Made by a program: the position numbers and the translations under genes
Shown here: positions 26,601-38,431 of the stretch, piece after piece
How the letters are laid out: each line of letters opens with the position of its first letter
Numbering within the stretch: position 1 is the stretch's first letter
Notes under the pieces: model-generated
What the model was told of the DNA's origin: nothing
What the model saw: the letters and a program-made list of their open reading frames with translations, nothing else
Database searches by the model: none
Source: Yuukianura sp. NJ FZ-2021
Lineage: Eukaryota
Assembly: GCA_046563655.1 (NCBI GenBank)
Contig: CM102288.1
Location: forward strand, 5,394,001-5,458,000
Length of the DNA stretch: 64,000 bases
Reading direction: 5' to 3'

Positions 26601-29600
26601 AAAGTTGGTCCGGACATGAATCAGATGATGACTTGGAATGACCCCATGGGAGAAAAGGCGCTTTGTTGGTCACCCGTTGGCCTCAACACTACATTTGTAG
26701 ACAAACTGAATGGGGTAAACACAATGTCAACATAATTTTCCTCCGAATTTGACGTTTTTGAAAAGAAAAGTGGTTTGAAAAAAAACGTATGAAAGGAGAT
26801 TTTAATTTTGAGATTCATTTTTGTTTCGACAGGATGGATATGGAACGTACAAGGTATCGAACGAACGAGGGGAAGAACGGCACTACCATTGGCTGTCTTT
26901 CTTGGATGGACTTCAGCGTGTGTTGCTGTTCACAAGAGACAAAACTTTAATGACGACGCTGCAAGCGTCAAGGGATATCGAAGTGCCTACTGCAGAGTAC
27001 ACTCTTGTCTTCCATGGTCTCGGAATTTCATTGGTGGACGCTGCCAATTGCCGAGAGATTTTGTACTTGCGAATTGCCAGGTCTCTCTCAACTTTTCATT
27101 TTTTGATGTCTATTTACTTGAATGTGTGTTTTTCAATTGATTCATTTTTTGACTTTTGATTTTTTGGAATTTGGTTTTCAGTTCGGACGTGATTTGGGAA
27201 AACATAAAACCCGGGAAGCGACAGCGGTTCAAGCCGATTCCATTGAAGAAGAGTAACATCATTGAGTACGCTTTTCAAAACTACCAGAACGAGAAGGTAG
27301 TGAATCCGAATGTGAAGTCTCACGTGACCTTGGACGCTGGAATGGAAGTGGACTTTGTGGACATGAAGATGTTCAAGCCTTATGAACGGACGATTCGACG
27401 GTCCTTCCAGACCGGCCTTTGGCTCCACTACAAAACTTACCCACATACGCTTCTCATCCATGCCAAACTGAATCGCCTTCAAATTGACAACCAACTGCCT
27501 GATTGCATCTTCCGAACTGTTCTTGCTCCTGTCCCTCCACCAAAAAGTGTTTCAAGTGACGACGGAAAAGGCAAATGACAAATAAGTTTTACGAATTTTT
27601 TTAAGTTTTGAAGGTTTCAGTTTTTGATTTTGTTTTTAGATGGAAAGAAACCTTTTGCCGAAGTGAGCATTCTGGAGAGAATAATTGAGCACAGTTCGGT
27701 CGTTCAATTCAAATACTTCAAAGTTCTGATTCAAGAGTTTCATGTGAAGATGGACATTCACTTTGTCAATGCCCTCGTTGGACTCTTCAGTGAAGACACT
27801 GAGAAACAACTGGAGAGAATGGTATTTTATGGATTTTGAGATAAGACTTGGGATTTCAGAATCTCTAGATTTTTGAAGTATCTGAGAAAAAAAAATCAAC
27901 TAAATTGAAAAATACGTTTCTATTTCCGTTTAGGTGGAGTACTTTGATAAGGACTACGCAGAGGCGACGATTGACTTTCAAACGTATCTGGATCGTCACA
28001 TTCTGCTGTCTCAAGGACAAAAGAACTTTTACGACTTTCTGCACTTTTCTCCTCTCAAAATTCATCTCAGTTTTTCAATGGGCGGAGCAACTCAGATTTC
28101 AAACAGTTTTCTCAATTTGCTCATTGCTTCACTCGGAGTGAGTGTCACGGAAGTTCAGGATGTCGTGTTCAAGTGAGTTTTGGTTTTTGTGATAAGTCGA
28201 TTCTACTTCTACTTATACGTCTTTACAAGTTTTACGATTTACGTTTTTTAAACGTTTTTACTTTGTCCGATTTCAGATTGGCGTGTATGGAACTCCAGCA
28301 TTTGTTTTTGACTCGTGAGCAACTGTACTCCGAAGCCTACCAACACTACACTTCGCAGGCACTGAGACAACTCTACGTCCTTGTCCTTGGACTAGATGTG
28401 ATTGGAAACCCCTACGGGCTCATTCTGGGTTTCAGTCAGGGCGTTGGGGCCTTCTTCTACGAGCCTTTTCAAGGAGCCATCCAAGGGCCTGGAGAGTTTC
28501 TGGAAGGTTTGGCACTGGGAGCGAAGTCGCTGTTTGGACATACGATAGGAGGCATGTCAGGAGCAATGTCCAAGATCACTGGAACTTTTGGCAAGGGAGT
28601 TGCAGCGCTGACGCTGGACGACGAATTTCAGAAGAAGCGGAGAGAGAACTTGAGCAAGAGACAAACGGCGGGTGAAGGATTTGTGGAATCCGGGAAGGAT
28701 TTGGTCATGGGTTTTGTTGATGGAGTGAGTGGAGTGTTCACTCAGCCGTTCAAAGGAGCCAAGAAGGAAGGTGTGGGGGGCTTCTTCAAGGTAAACATTT
28801 AATTTAATTGATAAATTATATTATTTTACATATATTTTATTATGTTTTGTTTCAGGGCTTGGGTAAAGGGGCCATTGGACTTGTGACACGGCCAGCGGCA
28901 GGAGTCATTGACTTTACCAGTGGAAGTTTCGACGCTGTCAAAAAGTGAGCCACTTTCAAAAAATGTGAGGTTTTAGGTTTGGATTTTTCATTGAGTTTTA
29001 ATCTAAACTTCCAGAGCTACTTCGGTGTCGGATGAGACGCGTCGCATGAGGCCACCGAGATATATACCACCAAACAATGCTTTACAGCCCTACGTCATGC
29101 ACGAGGCAGAGGGAATGCTACTTTTTGCCGTAAGTTAAAGTTTCAGGAACACTGAAGAATGTTTTGAAAGCTTTTGAAAACTTGAAAATCTCCTGTTGAA
29201 TTTAACATTGATAATGTTGACTTTTTTCCAGGAATTGGAGAAAGGAAAGTACGTGCCAACGGATACTTACATTGCACATGCTCTAGTCAATCCACATGGA
29301 ATTTATGTCATTCTCATCACCAATCGGAGAGTTCTGTATCTGAAGAAGATTGACATTTTTGGAGGATGGGGAGTAAGTAGTTAAAATTTTCTGCTTTAAA
29401 AAAATGAAAAAGTTAAAGAATTGGAAGTATTTTTCAAAATTTTGAATTTGTAGATTCAGTGGACAGCGATGTACGAGGAGCTGGAAGGGCCGCCGGATGT
29501 GGTTCAGAACGGCCTTACTTTTAGAATCAAAACGGACACGACCAAGTCAAAGCTTCTGCGCTGTCAGTCCAAGGCTTCCCATGTTGTCATCCCGCTCTAC

Positions 29601-30017
29601 TCTCCTGACGTCTGTGTCGTAAGTTTTTGAAAACTCGCTTGAAAATTTTGCCTTCTTTAATCTTGCATGGGTTTGGGCATAATTTTGGCAATTATAGCTC
29701 CGTGCTGGGTAGTCGCTTGCAAATGTAAAGCTTCGCTTACTTTCTAAATCTTCAGTCTTAAAGTGGTTTCTAACGAGGCTAACCTAAGTTATGTCCAAAC
29801 TTTTGCATGATTCCGGAATTACCGACAGAACCGCAACGTTTCTTACTTTACACAGTGGCTTCTGGAGAAGATTGAGGAAGCGATGCGGAAGGAAATGGGA
29901 GTCACCGTGGTCGAAGAAGCGCTGGACGCTGCAGCGTCGGGGTCGAAGGTGGACACGGGAGTCAAAGCTGGAACTTCGAAAGACGTACCGAATCTTCCAA
30001 GGTCCCAAACAAAGTAA
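14661..30017 (+). CDS. VPS13: VPS13A/C-type bridge-like lipid transfer protein, ~45 exons
   Basis: Chorein N-terminus [69 protein letters not shown] repeats ([26 protein letters not shown]); [42 protein letters not shown]2_C-like and PH tail; stop TAA 30015-30017. The exons I traced join in frame. Confidence 0.97.
15910..16217. repeat. 11-bp minisatellite (CATATTGCCAA/CATATTGACAA) x28 in a VPS13 intron
   Basis: Directly readable tandem array; produces the spurious repetitive ORFs at 15697-16319. Confidence 0.95.
17985..18065. repeat. Dispersed TGTAGCC/GGCTACA short-palindrome repeat family (copy 1)
   Basis: Hairpin TGTAGCCACAC-N10-GTGTGGCTACA plus GTGGCAACATT. The same motifs recur at ~19060-19250 and ~46630-46960/47375-47430. 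Confidence 0.55.
19060..19250. repeat. Dispersed TGTAGCC/GGCTACA repeat family (copy 2), VPS13 intron
   Basis: Clustered TGTAGCC, GTGGCTAC, GGTGGCAACATT and TAGCC motifs. Confidence 0.55.
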
Positions 30018-30310
30018 AAATGAGAAATTAATCTGCCTCTGCCTCTCTTCAGAAATCTCTACTTTGACACTACCACTTCTAAATATATTTTCAAAATCGA
30101 AAAGGAAATGTATTAAAAGTTATTCAAAGTTATAGAAAGATGGAAGGTTCTGATGAAACTAAATATCTAAAAGTATAATCTTAATTAACGCTCTACAGGA
30201 TTGTCTGTTTCTGGTGAATTGTAAGCGTATCTCTATGTAAATGGTGGTAATATGACCTCCGACAAGCTGCGATTCCACCGTTCGTTAACACAAAAAAAAA
30301 GGTTTTTCTA

Positions 30311-30473
30311 CACCAGGTTGTCCAATAACACCATGTTTTTCACTTTGTTAAAAATTGTGGAAACAAAACTTTTTCCTATTATGGTAATTATTTTCATGTA
30401 AAGCAATTTTAATTGGGAAAAAAGTATTTGAAGTATTTTTTTTGCAAATCGCGCGTTATTCGACAACCTCTTG
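30311..30473. mobile_element. Tc1/mariner-type MITE between VPS13 and zinc-finger copy A
   Basis: TA|CACCAGGTTGTCCAATAACAC ... CGCGTTATTCGACAACCTCTTG|TA imperfect TIRs with TA flanks; absent from the paralogous region at ~33990-34020. Confidence 0.7.
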
Positions 30474-30535
30474 TAGGAAATACAACTCGGTTGTCAAGGA
30501 ACCTTGTTCGATTCTAGCGTTTACGAAATATTGTT

Positions 30536-33329
30536 TCAGCATTTTTGTTTTGCTTGTGATCTTAGTCGTCTTTTCGGCATTTTCGGTGCTTTGAGGACAT
30601 CCTCGTTTGGATTTCTTTGTTTTTTCTTAGCCACTGGCAAATTGGCATTGGCCCCATACTTATGCCAGGCATTGTGTTTGTACAAGTACTGGCATGCTGT
30701 GAATGTAGCATCACACAGTTTACAATTGTAAGTCTTTTTCTGTAGCTGATCTCCATGGATTATCTCTTGATGGCTCTTTCTATTCGAAGCGTTTCGGAAA
30801 CATTTGTCGCAGTAATTGCACTTAAAAGGAAGATCACTACTGTGTATTGCCATATGGTTTTTCAATCCGGGTGCCGTCTTCACCGCCCATCCGCAAGTGG
30901 AGCAAATATACTTCTTACGGTAACTACCGTCATGTTCGCATTTGACGTGAGAAACAAGTTCCTCCCGATTAGAAAATGGTTTACTTCTGCACAGGAAAAT
31001 CACGCAATTATATCCTTTGTTGTCATGCAATTTTTCATGCTCCTCGCAATGCTCTGTAGTAAAGAATAGTAGGTTGCAAACTTTGCAGTAAAACTTTGGA
31101 GCGTCATTTTTGTGGTGGCTGATGCGCATGTGTTGATTCAGAAGGCTTTGGCCAAGACCTCGATAAGGACAGAAGAGGCAATTGAGCAGTGATCCATTTC
31201 TATTAATTCCATGTGTAATACCCAAGTGTCTATATAGGGCATTCTCCACTTTGAATGCTTTCGTACAGTCGAGTTGAGTACATTTGTAGGGAAATGGATC
31301 TTTGACATGAACTTTGTTGTAATGTCTGTCCATCAGAAGTTGCGAGGAACAGCGGACTGAACATCCTTCAACTGGACAGTACGTCATTCGCCGGGATCCA
31401 AAAGAACGCTCAACTGCCGGCATCATTACAGCGTCAGAAGAACCGACCAACGACTTGTCACGATACTGAGCTCTATAACTGCAGTCATTTCTATTTTGCA
31501 ATACTTCAGGGTGGTGGTAAGACGCATGACGAACCAATTTTCTGTTGCATGCAAATGCCATATCACAATCCACTGCTGGACAAATGTATCCATGCTTTTG
31601 TTGTTGGTGCACACGGATAATATGGGCATCCAACATGTAGTCGAATTGTGCATAGTGATCACAGAATGGACACTGAAACTCGTAGGGAAAAAGAAGCTGG
31701 CCATGCTCTTTCAAATGATGACGTCGGAGCATACGAAAGCTAATGAAGCGACGGTCACAGTAAGTACCTGGACATATAAACGTGTAACTTTTCTCGGTGT
31801 CTTGCCTCTCGAGTTCCATCAGAAATTGCACCGTTCTGAGTAGTTCCGGATTTTCATGAGCTGGCAGTTCGGAGGTAGCACCACGCATAGAAGAGCACGA
31901 AATTTTATCTCGTCCACGTTTCCGTCTTATTGCGGTTGCACTTTGAACTACAGGAGAAAAATGTCCTTCTGAAACAGTGGATCCTATCACTTCTTCGCTG
32001 TTGGGTAACTTTTCAAATAAAGTTTTAGGTTGGCGCTTAATACGCTTGACTTTTGGCTTGACTTGGTGGTTGATCCGAGATGGATTGGCAGCTTCAGCTC
32101 CTGTTTCAAATTCACTAGAGAATTCATCACCAAATTCACCTTCCGGACAGCTTGCAACATATTCAGGATCCCCATCCGCTGGACTCTTTTGGCGGATATT
32201 TTCTCCAAAGTTACTATGAGGGACAGAATTCCGACAGCGCTTTGGCCTAGCTTCACCATTTGCAGCACTTGATTTTCTTTTGGCACTTGCTTTGGGCCGC
32301 CGCTTGGTTTCAGAACCTGTGCAGTACGTATTAAAATATAAGTGAACACAAAGTTAATAATATAAATATGTGAAACATATGAATTTAATTCAAACCCGAA
32401 TCATGTTCGTCGCACCCTTCTTCTTCGTCAGTATCTTCTCGATATTGTACTCGTTTTCTAATTCGATAACTTGAACGTGGGCTGGAATTCTCATTCATTT
32501 CGTTGGAGCAGGGATCTATCAAATAAATCATTTTTTCGGAAAGGAAAGTCACAATCACAAACAGAACAATCGAATTTAGAATTGAGTTGTTAATTGAACC
32601 TTGTGCTCACTTTTAATTGATGAATTTTCTGTACCATTCTTATACGTCGCTTCAGAGGATTCAATTGACCTTAGATGCTCAGTTTGAATAGAATCCGGCT
32701 GAACATGAAAGACATCAGTTATTTTAGGGACAGGTGCCGATTCCAACCCCGTTTCAGCCATTGCCTCAGGGAATTCATCCTTTAAATCCGAGCTCAAGAT
32801 CAAGGAGCCTAAGGTCATTCAAATAAAAAAAAACACAATTGTTTTGTTTTAGCAGCCTCCACGTCCATTTTACGCCTTTGGATTCCTTACCGGCACAAAT
32901 GCTTTCCTCATCCTCGTATTCAACAGTGGAGTTTCGGATCGGGTTTTCAATTGATTCTGATGCCATGTTCTCCGGCTCAGTGTTTTCATCCGTCCATGTC
33001 CGAATATTTTCATACAGCAAGCGTGCAAATTTCAATCGTAGCTGGGAAACTTTGATGTTCATGGAGTCGATGCTTCGAATGACAAAATCCACGTCTCTAA
33101 GTAATTGTTTGCAAGAAGAACACTGCCGATTGGTTAAAAAGTATTCCTTGAATATATCCAACTGAAGGTCTAGTAACTTGCAAGCTGACTCGGCACATCT
33201 TTCTCTCCAAACCGATTCCCATGATTCGTTAGCAGTTGACTTCGAATTTCGAGTTCTTCGTTGAACAGTGGTCCTTGGAGTTGTAGAGTTTTTAAGGCAA
33301 ATGGCGCAGACGACTTCTGATGAATCCAT
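30536..33329 (-). CDS. ZAD-like N-terminal domain + 11 C2H2 zinc-finger protein, copy A (4 coding exons)
   Basis: N-terminal CAIC...CSSC followed by a helix/coiled coil. Exons ~33329-32891, 32808-32611, 32515-32396, 32316-30536; the frame is open upstream of the annotated ORF. 11 C2H2 fingers. Confidence 0.88.
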
Positions 33330-34073
33330 TTTCCTGTATTTATGTTAGGGACACAATAAAAATAAATATGCAATTTGATCTTATGTTAGGTCACAATGTC
33401 CGGGAGTATTTAATCATATTAGATTCTAATTACCTTCAACAACTCTGCTCTCGGCTCCTATAGATTAATAACAAAGAATCACTTGCTTCTTAAATTCCAA
33501 AAATCCATCTTTGGTTTATTTTCCGGTTAAATTAAAGGTTTTAATTAGAAAGTATAAACTCCAAAAAAAAAAAGAAGAAGAAACCATAAAATTCTTTATA
33601 ATATTTGGGGTCCAGGGAATAGTCAGAAAAGTCAGAAACATCAGAGTTTGTACGCGTAAATACTAAACGTGGGGCGAGTCGTTCTCTCGTACGATTTGAA
33701 ACACTTCGTTTTTGTAGCATTACCTGAACAATGTCAGAATGGTTAGCTTTAGTTAGCTTTACATTTTACAGTCACTTTTACCTTCGTTCGTCTTAATTTC
33801 AAGCGTAAAATTCCTGTTTCAGAACAATTCTCACAAAATTTATTTTTTACCAGAAATCAGTAAGGCCAGAAGGCTCATTAAAAGTAAGCGTATTTGCCAA
33901 AAGTTAAAATTTTATGGAACTAAATATTTAAAAGTATAACCTAATGAGTGGCATTACAGGATTGTTTGATTGCTAATTGTAAGCGCAGCGTATCAATTCC
34001 TTGGTTCTTGTGTACATGCTGGTGACATATTGCGAAGGACAAGCTTAGATTCCAGTGGTGACGAAATATTGTT

Positions 34074-36930
34074 TCAGCATTTTTGTTCTGTTTGTGATCT
34101 TAGTCGTCTTGTCGGTGCTTCAACTGTATCCTGGATAGCTTCCTCCGGATTTCTTTGTTTTTTCTTAGCCACTGGCAAATTGGCATTGGCCCCATATTTA
34201 TGCCACGCATTGTGTTTGTACAAGTACTGGCAAGCTGTAAATGTAGCATCACACAGTTTGCAATTGTAAGTCTTCTTCTGTAATTGATCTCCATGCATTA
34301 TTTCTAGATGACTCTTTCTATTTGTAGGGGTTCGGAAACTTTTGTCGCAGTAGTTGCACTTAAAAGGGAGTTCGCTACTGTGTATTGCCATATGTTGGTT
34401 CAATTGGAATGTTGTCCTCATCGCCTTTCCGCAGGTGGAGCAAACGTACTTCTTACGGTAACTACCGTCATGTTCACATTTCACGTGAGAAACAAGTTCA
34501 TCACGATTAAGAAATTGGTTACTTCTACACTGGAAAATGACGCAATTATATCCTTTGTTGTCATGCAATTTTTCATGTTCTTCGCAATGCTCTGTAGTAA
34601 AGAATAGTAAGTTACAAACTTTGCAGTAAAACTTTGGAGCGTCATTTTTGTGGTGGCTGATGCGCATGTGTTGATTCACAAAGCTTTGGCCAGGACATCG
34701 ATAATGACAGAAGAGGCATTTGATCAATGCCCCATTTCCAGTAATTTCATGGATTATAGCCATGTGTCTATACAGAGAATTCTCCGATTTGAATGCTTTC
34801 GTACAGTCGAGTTGAGTACATTTGTACGGAAATGGATCTTTGACATGGACTTTGTTGTAGTGTCTGTCCATTAGAAGTTGCGATGAACACCGGACTGAAC
34901 ATCCTTCAACTGGACAGTAGGCCATGCGCCGGGACACCAACAAACGACGAGCTCTTTGTATCACTACAGCTTCGGAAGAACCAACCAACGACTTGTCACG
35001 GTACTGAGCAAACTGAGCTCTATAACTGTAGTCACTTCTATTTTTCAATAGGCCAGGATGATGGGAAGACGCATGACTAACCAACTTTGCATTGGATACA
35101 AATGTCATGTCACAATCGACTGCCGGACAAATGTATCCGTGTTTTTGCTCTTGGTGCACACGGATGATATGGGCATCCAGCATGTAGTCAAATTGTACGC
35201 AGAGATCACAAAATGGACACTGAAAGTCGTAGAGGAAAAGTAGCTGGCCATGAACTGCCGCATGATGACGCCGGAGCTCACGGTAGCTAATGAAACGACG
35301 GTCACAGTAAGCACCAGTGCAAATAAACGTGTAATTTTTCTCTTTGTCTTGCCTCTCAAGTTCCTTCAAAAATCGAACCGTGCTGAGTAGTTCCTTATCT
35401 TCGTGAGCTGGGAGTTTGACGGTAGCACTACGAACAGGAGCACGCGAAATTCTATTTCGTCGTTTCCGTTTTATTCTGGTTACAGTTCTGGTGTTCGTTT
35501 CGGTTCTGGTTATGGGTGCAGAATGTTCTTGTGCAACAGTTTCTTCTAGCACTTCTTCCCCATTTTGTAACTTTTCTACCAAAACTTCAGATGAAAGACG
35601 TCGACGCTTAATACATTGTTGTAATTTGAGTTTGACGTTGATCTGAGATGGATTTGCAGCTTCAGCGTCTGGTTCAAGTTCACTTGGAAATCCATCACGA
35701 ACTTCCGGTTCTTCCTGACACCTTACAACATATGCAGGATCGGCGTCTGGACTTTTTTCTTGGATATTTTTTTCCAAAATACTATGAGGTACAGAATTTC
35801 GACAGCGCTTTGGCGCAGCTTCACCTTCACCATATTTACTTGATTTTCTTTTGGCATTTGATTTGGGCCGCTTCTCAATTTTAGAACCTGTGCAGTACGT
35901 ATAAAGATGTAATGAATTGAACACGGCACAGAGTTGATTATAGTATAAATAAATAAAATATGTATAAATTTAATACAAACCAGAATCAGGTTCTTCAAGG
36001 CTCTCCTCTTCGTCAGTATCTTCTCGATATTGGACTGCTTTCCGAATTCGATTGCTTGAACGTGGGCTAGAATTCTCATTCACTGCCTTGGAGCTGGACT
36101 CTAAGCAAATCATATAAATCATTTTTCGGAATGGAGAGTAACGAAACAGAACAATCGAATTTCGAGTTGTTAATTGACCCTTATAGTACGTCATGATAGG
36201 TACTTACTTTTAATTGATGATGGAGTTTCTAGCCCATCCTTATGCGTCGCTTCAGCGGATTCAACTGACCTTAGATGCCCAGTTTGACACGGAATATAAT
36301 CTGCCTGAATTTGAAAGACATCAGTTATTTTGGGGACAGGTACCGATTCGAACCCCAGTTCAGCCGTTGTCTCAGAGAATTCTTCCTTTAAATCAGAACC
36401 CAGAATGAAGGAGCCTAATTTCAATCCAATAAATGAAATCTTAATTGTTTTGTTTTAGCAGCTTCTACGTCCACGTTTACGCCTCTGGATTCCTTACCCG
36501 CACAAATGCTCTCCTCATCGTCGTATTCAACCGCGGAGTCTCCTCTCGGGTTTTCATTTGCTTTGATTTCCGGCTCAGTGTTTTCATCCGTCCATGTCCG
36601 AATATTTTCATATAGCAACCGTGCAAGTTTCAATCTCAGCTGGGAAACTTTGATGTTCATGGAGTCGATGCTTCGAATTACAAAATCCACGTCTCTGAGT
36701 AATTGCTTGCATGAAGAACACTGCTGATTTGTTACAAAGTATTCCTTAAATATATCCAACTGAAGGTCCAGTAATTTGCAAGCTGACTCGGCACATCTTT
36801 CTGTCCAAACTGATTCCCATGAATCGTTTGCAGTTGTCTTGGAATTTCTAGTTCTTCGTTGAACAGTGGTCCTTTCAGTAGTGGTGGAGTTTTTATGGCA
36901 GATTGTGCAGATGACTTTTGATGAATCCAT
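34074..36930 (-). CDS. ZAD-like N-terminal domain + 11 C2H2 zinc-finger protein, copy B (tandem paralog)
   Basis: Same exon structure and high similarity to copy A (CTIC...CSSC; several identical fingers). Confidence 0.88.
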
Positions 36931-37200
36931 TTCCAGTAATCTGTATATTTATGTGAGGTACACAATGAATATAAATATGCAATTTCAGCTCATCAGCTCT
37001 AAGCCCACAATGTCAAGAATATGTAATCACATCACCTTCTTCTAATTACCTTAAACAACAGCTTTCGGCTCCTTCCTATAGTAGATTAATAAAAAAGAAA
37101 CTGTTGTTGCTTCTTAAATTCGAAACATCCGTCTTTGGTTTCTTTTCTGGTTAATTAATAAAAGTTATAATTAACATACAAAGTAGAAACTCCAAAAAAG

Positions 37201-37567
37201 GGTTGCATACACCATTGTGGCCCCACTTTTGAAAAATTTTCTAAGTACAAACTAGGTGTGACCCGACAACCTCAAAAATGACCTCTACAAAAGTTGTTGA
37301 GGTAAATGAGACGATGATTTTGACATACCACACATGACCCTGTGACCATCGATTGGGGTCATAGGTCATAAGTTAGGTTTTGTAAGATTTTTATAAAACC
37401 TAACCTTTGACCTCAACAGATGGTCACAGGGTCATGTGTGATATGTCAAAATCATCGTCTCGTAACACTGAACAACTTTTGTAGAGGTCATTTTTGAGGT
37501 TGTCAGGTAACACCTAGTTGGTACTTAGAAAATTTTCAAAAGTGGGGCCACAATGGTGTATGCAACC
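37201..37567. mobile_element. Fully palindromic MITE with GGTTG termini and 8-bp TSD (Mutator-like)
   Basis: GGTTGCATACACCATTGTGGCCCCAC... / ...GTGGGGCCACAATGGTGTATGCAACC; CAAAAAAG on both flanks (37193-37200, 37568-37575); absent at the homologous site of copy A (~33560). Confidence 0.88.
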
Positions 37568-38431
37568 CAAAAAAGCAGTACCACAAGACAAAGCATTAAA
37601 ATTTCTGGGGTCCAAGGAATAGTAAGTCAGAAAAGTCAGAAAGATTAAGGAAAGAGAGAAGTCAGAAAAGTTAAGAAACGTCTTCTGTAAGGGCAGACGA
37701 AAACTCAGAAATTTCAGAAAACTCGGGTTTTGATCTGTGATTCATGGTGATTACTATATAGTACAGTTCTCACGCTAAATTGTTAAAACGAACGTGAGCA
37801 CAAAGTAAACGCTTGGAACATAATTTCGTTTCGCAGAATACTATGAGGGGGAAGGGTTGTTGTACAAAAGTTTATGTTTAATTTACGATTAGGCAGAGAT
37901 GTTTTGGGAAGTTGATCACAATTCAGAGGATGAGATGAATGAAGGTTCCTAAAGCAGTTATTGTTTTGTTTCATTATTTACCTAGTTTGAACTAAAAGTT
38001 TCCATTTTGTGAAATTTTTGAAGAGAAAGCTCTCCCGGATTTTTTTTTGGCTAAACTATTTTGCAAGCACAACTTTCTCAATTTTCTATCACACTAGTTT
38101 CAAGTGTCACAAATTAATCCGAGAGCAACCATTTTTTCATTTTCACGTTAGTCAGCGTTAATTTAACTACTATGTAAGTATGTTCTCAATCTTAGACTTT
38201 TTCAATTAATTAATGAATTAGTTGAAAGGATGATTCTATAATAATTGAACAATTACTAATTGAATTAATTGAACAATAGCTAAATGCAAATTCATGGACA
38301 TACTGTAAGCAGGAAGCCATGCTCTAAAAGACTTTGAAGTCTAAAAAACGTTAACGTTAGTACCCTAATGTCAATTTTTTTGAAAGGACTCGAATGATTT
38401 GGTTTTGCTTCCAAAGTTGTTCTTAGCTTAA

